From contig NW_005434626.1 of the NCBI RefSeq assembly GCF_000315625.1, positions 1 to 64,000 on the forward strand: DNA of 64,000 bases, given 5' to 3'. This stretch comes from Guillardia theta CCMP2712. Its lineage: Eukaryota; Protista; Cryptophyta. Position numbers and translations under genes: made by a program. Position 1 is the first letter of the stretch; the number at the start of each line of letters is the position of its first letter. Positions 1 to 10,184 of the stretch are shown in pieces. Under the pieces are notes generated by a model that saw nothing but the letters and a program-made list of their open reading frames with translations, made no database searches and was not told where the DNA came from.

Positions 1-115
1 TCCTCCTCCTCCTTCTCTTTTTCCTCCTCCTTCGCTTCTATCTCCGTTGGTATCGTTCTCCCCCAGCCTTCCTATCTTCGCTTTCTCCATGTTCTAATGT
101 TTCGTCGCCATTCAG

Positions 116-1017
116 GTTCTCTTGATTTCGACGTTATGGTAGAAGAGGAGAGATAATCGGGTGCTTGCCTTGACGTGCTTCTCCTTCTCCTCTTTCTGCT
201 CCTTCTCCTCCTTCTCCTCCTCCTCCTGTGTTCTCGACGGAGCAGAGGAATTCTTCGCCACCACAGCTGTCAAAGTGAGTTTCCTATCACCTCATCCCAT
301 CAGTTAACCTGGCAGCCTTCCTCTCCCTCCTCTCCTTCCCCCCCCTTTCCTTCGCGTTCCTCCGTTCCCCGGGCCCCCTGCGCCCCTTCCCCCTCCTTCA
401 CCAACTCCTCCACCCTCCAGGCATTCTCCAGAGTTTGCCGTCAACGAGGCTGAGCAGCATCGACTTGCTCTAGAAAAGGAGCTCGAGCGGTAACTTCCAT
501 CTGCTCCTGCCCCTGCTCCCCCTTCTCCTGCTCCTGCTCCTTCCCCTGCACCTGCACCTGCACCTGCACCTGCACCTGCACCTGACTCTGCTCCCCCTTC
601 TCCTGCTCCCCCTGCTCCCCCTGCTCCTTCTCCTGCCCCTTCCCCTTCCTCTTCCCCTTCCCCTGCACCTGACTCTGACTCTGCTCCCCCTTCTCCTGCT
701 CCTGCTCCTTTCTCCCTCTCCTTCCCCTCCTCTCCTTCTCTGACAGTCGCAGGGTACGGCGAGTGAACAGGGCCTTCGAGAGCTATACTGACCGTTCTCA
801 CGAGAGGTAGAGGGGAGGGGAGGGGAGGGGAGGAGGCGAAGGAGTTGAGACTGGAGGATGAGGAGCTAAAGTGGGGCAGGGAGAGGAGGGGAGGAAGAAG
901 TCAGAGTTCTCACTTGCTCCTCGCAGCTCCCCGGGAAATTTGGTGAGAAGCTCTCCGATAATGGCGCGCGATATGACAAGGAGGGAGGGCGATGGGGAGG
1001 GCGACACCCTCGTTTGA
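116..1017 (+). CDS. 3' part of a multi-exon hypothetical gene that starts before the window
   Basis: Short AG/GT-bounded exons between pyrimidine-rich introns read EEFFATTAVK, HSPEFAVNEAEQHRLALEKELER, VRRVNRAFESYTDRSHER, SPGNLVRSSPIMARDM. Not every junction was phase-checked and no domain is recognised. Confidence 0.35.
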
Positions 1018-1287
1018 TGGAGGAGGGAGGGAGGGAGGGAGGGCGAGAGAGAGAGCGAGAGGGAGGGAGGGAGGGAGGGAGGGAGGAGAAGGCTTGCTCA
1101 AGATATGAAGGTTATGCGCCTTACTCCCTTTGTCGTTCACTCTGAAGCAACATGGCGACGGCTGATGGACAAGGGGAGGGGAGGGGAGGGGAAGAGAGCA
1201 GAGGGAAGGAGAAGAGAAGAGAGGAGAAGAAGGGGTCAAGTCCATCAGCACTGTTGTCCTTTCACCTTTTATCCTCCCCTCCATCTT

Positions 1288-3388
1288 TCATAATCTCTGC
1301 TCGCACAGCGGCTTCAACTTGTCGTATGCAGCTCTGTGATCCACGTCAGGACAATCCAACGGGCCATGAGCAAGGAACAGCAGGAGAGAAAGCGAGAGAG
1401 AGGGGGGGAGGGAGGGAGGGAGGAAGAGAGGGAGGGAAAGGGAGTGGGGGGGATAAGAGGGAGAAGGAGGGAGGAGAGGGAGGGAGGAGCTGACAAGGAA
1501 AACTCACCCAATCATCTTGAACCTGTTTCCTGCCTCCGCTCGCTCCTCGTGCGGTCTTGTGTCGGGGTGCCACTTCTGTGAGCATGGTTAACGTATCCCC
1601 TGCCCCTACTGCTTGCACGCTCCATCAGGCTGCCTTCTGGCCGACCACCACCCACAATACTGTTCCTCCCCCTCTCCCTCTCCCTCCTCCCACTCAATTC
1701 CTGCTCATCGTACTCCTTACACGCTCACCAGCCCTGTCCTCCTGCCATCATCCCTGACCTAGCCCTCCGCCTTCCCCTCCGCTCTTCCCCTACCTTGGCG
1801 CATGCGATGTACGCTTTCTTCAGCTTCTCCTCGCTGACCTCGCTCTGCGCTCCCATCACACGCCTTGCCCTTAAGTCACAACCAGACCATCAAGCTAGAC
1901 GTCACAGGAATCTCCAGCAGCCTCATCGCACTCTCCACCTAGAGCCCAGCTCACTCCGAGCACCACGAGCCCAGCACATCCCGAGCAGATGCATCACCTC
2001 CTGCCTCGGGACCATGGGGGGCATCTCGAAACTCTGCGCTTGCTCTGCTCTCTGCTTCCTCCGATGCCGGAAGTGCTGCTGAGACTGTCACGCCTGACCA
2101 ACCCGTGCACCTCTCACCGAGCGAGCCTCGTTGTACTGGCGCGAGAACTCACGAGAATGCTTCTCATGGATTTCTTCCTCTCTGCATCGACCGAGAATCA
2201 TTCGCTGTCCTAGCATGACCCTGCGTCCACCTGCTTCCTCTCCCCCCCNNNNNNNNNNNNNNNNNNNNNNNNNNNNNNNNNNNNNNNNNNNNNNNNNNNN
2301 NNNNNNNNNNNNNNNNNNNNNNNNNNNNNNNNNNNNNNNNNNNNNNNNNNNNNNNNNNNNNNNNNNNNNNNNNNNNNNNNNNNNNNNNNNNNNNNNNNNN
2401 NNNNNNNNNNNNNNNNNNNNNNNNNNNNNNNNNNNNNNNNNNNNNNNNNNNNNNNNNNNNNNNNNNNNNNNNNNNNNNNNNNNNNNNNNNNNNNNNNTTC
2501 CTCTTCTCCCTTCCTATCCTCGCTCTCTTCGTCCCCACTCCCCTCCCCTCCCTCCCTCCCTCCCTCCCTCCCTCCCTCCCTCCCTCCCTCTTCCTCCTCT
2601 CCTCCCCTCAACGAAGCAGAAGTGGAACCTCTTCTGAAATTCTCTCCAGAAGGTGTCGAACTCCTCCTGCTGTTGCTTTGCGCTTGGACTTGCTACCCTC
2701 GGAGTTAGCAACGATTGGACTCACAGAGCAAGAAGACCCTTGCGCTCCTCCCAAGATCTCTCCTTGACAAACTCGTCGAAACCTTTCTGGAACCGCTCGG
2801 CGTCTACCTTACTCCACCGCTTGTTCCAGCGGGAGAACATGCGATAGTTCATTGCAAGAAGAGCCTGGAGGTGGATGAGAAGAAAGGGAGAGAGTGCTAT
2901 CAAACCTACCCCGGAGAGAATTGTGCATGCTAAGATTGTCTTTCCAGTGTGTAGATCTTGTATCATATGCTGTCTTTCACCGTCATAGGCTGACGAATCC
3001 TTCGAAACCCTTTCTGGCTCGTTCGATAATGGCATGGAGCCGGCAAGATCCACCACGTCCTCGTCGTCAGCATTATCATCAATACTCGGGTCATGCTGCA
3101 AGCAACGACTAGAGTAAGAAGATGTGCAGACATGCTAGTAACGATGCTTGAAGAAACTTTAGACCCACCTATCCCCCGTTCTGCCCGCCTCTCCCTGCCT
3201 CCTCTCCTCCAGCATCTCCCCCTCATCTCGCTGCCAACTTCATCTTGTCTTACCACCATGAATCTTGACGCCACTGCTACGGCAGCTCCTCCTCCTGCTG
3301 TCGCTGCCATTGCGCCCCATGCGCCGCTAATCCAGCTCCGCATGGATTCCCAACCGGTCGCAACTTTGTAAGGCATCATCACCCTCAT
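1288..3388 (-). CDS. DnaJ/Hsp40-type protein with a C-terminal J-domain and a hydrophobic middle segment (multi-exon, crosses a gap)
   Basis: Spliced 3' exons give ARRVMGAQSEVSEEKLKKAYIACAK|KWHPDTRPHEERAEAGNRFKMIG|AAYDKLKPLCEQRL*, i.e. J-domain helix II, the HPD motif (1561-1569) and helix III. Stop at 1288. Upstream exons include TILACTILSGVGLIALSPFLLIHLQALL. The 5' end and linkage across the gap are inferred. Confidence 0.75.
2249..2497. other. assembly gap (N run); other gaps at about 26037-26273, 28575-28674, 30378-31218 and 37026-37228
   Basis: Runs of n in the sequence. Confidence 0.99.
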
Positions 3389-3409
3389 ACTCCTCGTGGC
3401 AAACCACCC

Positions 3410-3860
3410 CGCCGGGCCGGGCCCGGGCGCGCGGCCGGGCCGGGCGGCCGGGCGGCCGTGACTGCCACTGCAAGTTTAGGCCCCCAACGCGTTACACTAC
3501 TTTGTCTCCTTTGACGGTTTGTGATTTGGTCTTAGTAACCGCGTTCGGAGTTCTGCACTAAACACTTGCACTGGGTCCTCAGCCTGGCGCGGCAACCAGT
3601 CACAGCGCGGCCTCAGTATATTCGGGGGCCCCCGGGGGGGCCGCTCCGAGGCTCAGTCCGAAGGACTGAGTCGCAATGCCACATGACCGTCAGTGATCTG
3701 AGTGGCTAAGCCGGCTACTGATCATCACCAGCAGCCTACCGTTGCGCGGGGGGGCTTACCCGGACGTCACAGGCTGAATCAAATTATCTTAGTAGGCCCG
3801 GGGACGGTTGTGACAAATGCGGCAGAACTCTCAGAACCGCCGGTTCATATAGTATAAAAA
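3410..3860. promoter_or_regulatory. GC-rich palindromic intergenic island upstream of the J-domain gene
   Basis: CCGGG/GGCC arrays, palindrome cgggggcccccg (3623-3634), perfect hairpin ctcagtcc-gaa-ggactgag (3652-3670), recurrent TGAC/GTCA words. A regulatory role is inferred from position only. Confidence 0.4.
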
Positions 3861-3909
3861 ATATCAAGTCAACTGACTCGTCTCCCTGGCAGTGGCCCCG
3901 CCGGACGGC

Positions 3910-6900
3910 TCATTCGCAGCGCAGGTTCCTGTAGGATACATATCGCTTGTGCCCCTCTGCCGTCCTCAGGTCCATGTACTCCTTCATCAACAGCTGCAGC
4001 TCGCACACGTGCCCCGCTACCCCCAGCTCCCTCGTCCTCTCCGTCACCACCCGTAGGTTCACCGCCACGTCCCTGTACCCCCCCGTCGTCCGCGCGTCGA
4101 AGCTCGGGTCCAGCCTGTTCTTGATCCTCATCACCACGATCTCGGGGTCTCCCAGGATCCGCTCCAGACACTCGCACAGGTCCTCGAGCCGCTCGAAGAC
4201 GATGCACTGCCGCACCACGTCCAGCAGCCTCGACACGTCGTTGTTGTAGGATCGCACGAGCTTCTCCACCGCCCGGTCCACGCTCTTGATCGGCGCCCAT
4301 CGGACCTGCTGCGCGAGGTTCTCGTCCTCCATCGCGTCCTTCCAAATGATGCACTCCAGCCTCCCGTCCAATGCCAGCAGGGAGGAGGGGAAAGAGCCCC
4401 TGGACGCGGCCGCAAAGTCTTGAACCTTCTTGCGGAAGATGGGCTCGACGAAGACTGCTTGTGCGTACAGCTGGTCCAGGGACTCGACTTTTGTGTCTTG
4501 GCTCATCTTCCACACCCCCTTCTTGGACAGAGCGCTCCTGGAGTTCCTCCTCTTCATCCAGTCGAGAGGAAGTGACCATGTCTCCAGCAGGCAGGAAGGG
4601 TCGTGCACTCGGCTCTGGATGACCCTGTTAGGCACGCGGTGTAGCGCGACAAGCTCGGAGATGCGCTGCAAGGCCTGCCTGTTCTCCTCGTTGGAGCAGA
4701 GGGAGTTCCAAAGGTCGTTGTACTTGCGCTGCTCTATCTTGATATTCCTGGAGGCCTTGAACAGATGGAATCTTCTGCCAGCATGGAAGTAGAGGGCAGT
4801 GATCATGAGGATGAAGTTGCTGTAGCCGAACTGATCCTCACTCACGGGGTTCCTGTACAGATTCGAAGAGGATGCTGAGCCCCCGATCCCCGTCCACGCG
4901 CAGTAGAACGGCAGGACAGTCATCATGTACCTCTCCTGCAGCTCGATCACCAGGCCGAAGGTGAAGTCGCCGGTCCCCCAGAAAAAGGAGGCTATTCTGG
5001 TTCCAATCCTGTCGAAGTTGCCGATGAAGATGAGCAGGATCTCCCAGACTCCCACGACGTGAAAGAGCGAAGCAAACAAGGTCTTGGGCAGACTCTGGAA
5101 GCCCAGCCTTGCCGTCACCACTGCCCCGACACAGGCGAACGGTTGAAAGAATACAAACACGGTGGATGCTATGTACATGGCCCGAAGCTGAACCGTGAAC
5201 TCCAACGTTCTCCCCCGGAGACCCGAGGGATCGTTGCAGATTTCCGCACTCGGGGTCGACTCACATGAAAATATCGTCCACTCCTTCCACGACGCTGCTG
5301 GCAGATCGAGGGGGTCGACGCCAAGATCGATCGGTGAGTCCAAGATGTCAAACTTGAAAGCTACCGGGTCAAGACCCGCCAGTTGCTCGTTGCTGTCGAG
5401 GGTGAAACGCCAGCCGTTCGACAGCGCTGGCAAGGAGAAGAAGAAGTAGCGAGTGGTGTTGGCATCCTTAAACGAGGTCGGATAGTGTTTCTTGCAACTG
5501 TCGTACACGAGGGTGAAGTTTGATACCGAAGTTGCGGGGATGAAGTTGCGGACGACTTTGTCGCGAAATTCCAGTATTTGCATCCGTCCTACGTGGACGG
5601 AGGAAGCGTTGTTTTTTAAGAATCCCCTCATGTGATCGGGGGTAACGTAGAAGTAGAAGAGGAAGGCTGCCGCAAGGATAAGCGTTGCCTGCGTAATCTT
5701 CTTCTGCAACGCGTTCCTGACGGGGTTTGAAGAGAAAATGATGCTCGAAGTCATCGTGTTCTGGATCCCTCCCACGATGCTATTCAGCTTCTGATCCATC
5801 ACTCCTCCCGGATACTTGCTCATCTCGGTAAGGAACAAAAAATGCAGGTCAGATTCCCTTTCGCGGGTTTGCAAGAGAGTGTCTGACTGCCGTCGCTGAT
5901 CCGTCGAGAAGAGTCTGGTTGCGAATTGGTTCAAGTAGTCATTGATGAAGGACATCTTTGTCTTCTGCATGAGGTTCACCATCAAATGGACTTTCTCTCT
6001 CCCAACCCATCCCCTGTCGTATCTCACTATGTGTTTCACTCGTCGGTATCGCAGCCGCCTCTCCTGAGTCGAAAGCGCCTGCATTCCCAGTATCGCGAGC
6101 CGCAGCTCGCACACGTGCCCCGCTACCCCCAGCTCCCTCGTCCTCTCCGTCACCACCCGTAGGTTCACCGCCACGTCCCTGTACCCCCCCGTCGTCCGCG
6201 CGTCGAAGCTCGGGTCCAGCCTGTTCTTGATCCTCATCACCACGATCTCGGGGTCTCCCAGGATCCGCTCCAGACACTCGCACAGGTCCTCGAGCCGCTC
6301 GAAGACGATGCACTGCCGCACCACGTCGAAGAGCCTTGACGACTCCCCGTTACACAGATAGAGGACCTTCTCGATCGCTCTGTCCACATTCTTGATCTTG
6401 GGCCACTCGTAGCTTTCCCTCAAGTCTTCGTTGCCCATGATCTCATCAACGCGCTGATACTCTCTGGGCTGATTGCGATGTGCTCGTATTGGTATCATCC
6501 CATTGGTCTCTGCTGCATGCACATGGGCCTTCTCTCTGAAAATAGGCTCCACAAGGATTGCTTGCGCATACAACTGGTCAAGATTCTGGATGATCCCCGT
6601 CACCGATCGTTGTTGGATGCCGGCTGGCTCCTGATGTACACTCACGGGGAGACAGGGTGTGCATGGGGTCAGGCAAAACATCCTGCAAAGCTGCGATCTC
6701 CAGCTTGTCCAGCAGAGCCGTTGCGACTCGTTCTCCTCCACTTCTGCGACACTAGCACTAGTTGTAGCAACGTTGTTGGTTCGGTCACACAAACGCTGCA
6801 CGGCCTCCTGGTTCTCATCGAGTATCTCTCCCCACTTGCTCGTGAAGACCTTGAAGTCCTCTCTGATCGAATGCTCCGCCCACCTCTTGAAAACTTGCCG

Positions 6901-7828
6901 GAGTCCGAGGAAAGCAAAAAGCAGGAAAACGGCAACGATGGACTGATAGGAAACGATCCATGCTAGCGAAGCGAAGAAGTAGATGAGGCATGATAGTATG
7001 CTCAGCTCTACCACGTTCGACTCACTGAAGAGGAGTGGACAAGGGAAGAGAAGCACGTCCTGCCAAAACATTCAGTCATGCCGCAGACAAACAAAAGGAG
7101 AGAAGTGTTTTGACTTCACCTTGATAGCCACGACTAGGAAGAGAAACGACGGCGTTCCAGCCAGAGTTTCCTTGTACTCAGCGTTCAATTCCAACTGCAG
7201 GAAGATCAAGAGGCAAACAACAGCGTCGAGTATCCCCATCACTCCAAAGACCTGCTCCGTTGCGTCAGACAAGACCTCCACCCATGCTCCGCTTCACCTT
7301 CCTAGACAGGTGCGCTCTCTGCAAGACGGAGCAAACCAACGCAACGAGCAAGGCAACCGGGGGGATCAGCCGGCTCAGCAACTCCAGACGGGTGCCCCAA
7401 CCGCATGCGCGGTCCCCCCTCAATTCGTTGGGGTTCTGAATAATGTGGTAGGCGGTCGAATCGGCGATGTACAGGCCTTGGGATCGGAGAGCAGTGATTT
7501 CATGTATCCGTACTGCCATCCATGGAACAGACATGACGAATGCAAAGATTTTGCCAATCTTAGAAGACATGAACGCCGTGATCGGCTCCCAGGAGTACAG
7601 GAATAGGGTCGGCTCATGCTGATAGGCGAGCCTCTTCTTCAGCTCCAGACCCATGAAGCCCCCAGGGAGCTGCGTGTGCAGCCGTACAAAGGCATGCACA
7701 TAGGACGCACGGTTGATCACAAAGATGGCCGAGTCATTCTGAAACAGCCGGATCCCATAACTCGTGTCCTCTTCCGGTTCAATGCCTGCATCCTCCGCGG
7801 AGGCTCTTGAAATCGTATCGCTGAGCAT
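3910..7828 (-). CDS. Polytopic membrane protein with two RelA/SpoT (RSH synthetase)-like nucleotidyltransferase domains
   Basis: Three exons join in phase via introns 7252-7297 (46 nt) and 7060-7119 (60 nt). Two copies of IKxVDRAxEK...DVVRQCIVF...RIKNRL...GGYRDVAVNL...HVCEL(R/Q)L resemble the RSH synthetase motifs RxKxxxSxxxK, DxxGxR, GYxSxH and EIQ. Two hydrophobic multi-TM blocks. Start codon uncertain. Confidence 0.8.
3996..4221. repeat. 226-bp direct repeat, copy in the C-terminal RSH-like domain; identical to 6102-6327
   Basis: gcagctcgcacacgtgcccc...cactgccgcaccacgtc matches the second copy base for base by eye. Confidence 0.95.
6102..6327. repeat. 226-bp direct repeat, copy in the first RSH-like domain; identical to 3996-4221
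   Basis: Same sequence as 3996-4221; the flanks diverge immediately. Confidence 0.95.
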
Positions 7829-8319
7829 GGCAAGACAGACGCCCTCTACCCACCCCACGACAAGACAACCACCCGACTCACAGCTGCATCACTTCTGGTG
7901 CAGCTTGAGTCCCACGATCATAGAGAGCAAAATCCCCTTTGCCACTCAGTCCCATTATGCCCGCTCAGCTCTGACACCATGACCTTGTCGGTGACAACTT
8001 CTTCCAATGTCCTATCCATGTCCAACGGGTTTTCATAACCCTTCAACACATTCCTTACTACCTTTTCTGTTGTCCCCCCCCGCCCCCCTCCCCTCCCAAG
8101 TTCCTTCGGTTATCTTGGCCCTTCAATCCTTCTCTGATACCCACAATCATCACCTGGAAGCCTTAATCCCTGCCAACTACCCTCGTCATTCCTCCACGAC
8201 ATCTATTTGTCAAATCTCTCCCTCCTCCTCCTCCTCCTCCTCCTCTCTCTCTCCCTCCGCCCTACCCCTTCCTCCCTGCCGCGCCCATGGTCATGGCTCT
8301 GAAGAACCAAGAACGAGAC

Positions 8320-9090
8320 CACCCCACCCACACCCGTGCTCCCCCGTTCTCCCCAGTTCACGTCTGTACTACCCCTTTTATAATAATCCTCTTGTATATC
8401 AAATATGGTTTTACCGTTTGCTACCCACCCTCTTACCCCTATAGTACCGGTGGTTGGTTGACGGGCAACTGAGGTAGACTCACATGCACCGGTCGACACT
8501 AGTACCCCTTGCTGAACCTTGAGGATCCGTTTTGGTTACGTGTTACCCACCGGTCCTGGGAAGGGTAAACCCCATGGAGTTTGCCTGTCAATTTAATACG
8601 AATTACCACCACCACCCCTCACAAACCACAAAACAACCCACCCCACGGTACATACTTTACCTTTAATATTACAGTAATAAAAACCATCTTGAAAAGATTA
8701 TTTTTCATGAAGATTCCTTTGAAAAATATTTTTTCCAGTCAGCGACTTTGCAGGGGGACGTACCACCTGGGTGGGGCTGGTTAGGGCTCTCCAAGTACGG
8801 GTACTTTTGAGTGAACAAAGAGGGGTGAAGGCCTTTATTTTTTAAGCTCTGAAATTGTCACGACCCCACCCCATGTCCCAAAAAAAGTTTACACTTATGA
8901 TATCTTGATTTTTACACTACCCACCCCCGGAATCTACAACGCATCTTCAACTCCGGTGATGACGTACCCCCTTCTCTCCTGCTGCATTCCAGCCTGAATA
9001 CCCCCGTCCTTAAGGGATATTACCCCTACCCTCTAATGTCTACTCGCTCAGTTCGTCACGAGCCTTACCCCACCCCCCACCGACTAAAAT
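8320..9090. promoter_or_regulatory. ACCCC/GGGGT-rich intergenic island upstream of the RSH-like gene
   Basis: Dense accc, taccc and gggt words with lower GC than neighbouring exons and no convincing ORF. Similar islands recur upstream of other genes. Confidence 0.4.
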
Positions 9091-10184
9091 TAAAAATATC
9101 AGCTGTTGTCGTAGCGGGAGGAGATGGTCGGGAGGAGAGATGGGCCGCGGTCGGGGAGGAGAGGAGGGGTCAGACAGACGAGACTCAAAGAGGATTGATG
9201 CAGCAGCTGTGCTGGGCTACGACGATGAAGCGAGTCATGGATGGGAGGGTGAGGCCACGGGGTCTGTTCGGCACAAAGGCTGTTCAACAGGGCTGAGCTG
9301 TATGCCATGACAAGATTAGACCGCCTGCATGCCAGACATCACGGACCGAAGTTGCAAGTGCAAGACATGACGAGTGAGCAAGTCATGTCAAAGGCTCGCC
9401 GGCCATGCTCGGCGAGAAGTAGGAGGAATGCGCGAGATGCTTGCCATGTGTAAGGATCTACTTGAAGTTCGCATGCGTCATCTGGGACTATCTCATTAGA
9501 GGGATTTGTTGACAAATGCCAGCACCGCCAAACTCATTGCCTCCCTCCATGGCTGGCTGGTTGACTTCGCAGTAAGTTGCAATCTTAGCCTCAATGAAGA
9601 GAAATCGGACTGACTCCTGCCATTCCCCCAAGCTCCTCCTTTCCTGCTCTTCTCTCAGGAAGAGGAGGGCATGGCAGAGTTTTGCTCAGAAGATCTTCGG
9701 AGAGCAAGGAGACAACAGCGAGTGATTCATGTGATGAGCCGAAAAGACATCCATGAGAATGAGCACCTGTTGGATCTTGAATAAACTCGTTCTTTCGAAG
9801 TCTGCTGCCATTTCTAGGTACCACATCCCCCTCCCCACTCCGATGAGTCACATACGACCTCTTCTCTTCTCTTCTCTTCTCTGCATTCACCTGGCCGCCC
9901 CCGTCCAACCCCCCCAACACATCCCCTCCTTTTCATTCCCCCCCTTCTTTCCAAAATGCTCAGAAGTTTTGCAGTCCTCCCCAACTTCCCTTCCACGTAC
10001 CATTCTCCGGGCCGCCGCACTGCTCTTACTTGTGGTCGAGGACATTTTCCTTGCCAGCTCTTCACTCTGATGATCCTTGCATTGGCGTACCGGTTGAAGC
10101 TGAACAAGACCGGAGCTCTTGATACTGACTGAGCGACCAGGCGCAACGCTGGCCAAGCTAGTCAAGCCAGTCAAGCTAGTCAAG

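Noticed and set aside
3996-6327. Diversity-generating retroelement template/variable repeat pair, or LTR pair
   Set aside because: No adenine-specific mismatches, no reverse transcriptase, both copies are in-frame coding, and no TG..CA ends or TSD.
9200-9830. Possible small plus-strand gene (similar doubts at 12960-13340, 17380-17870, 28800-29343 and 42700-43200)
   Set aside because: I could not build a phase-consistent model or recognise a domain without transcript data.
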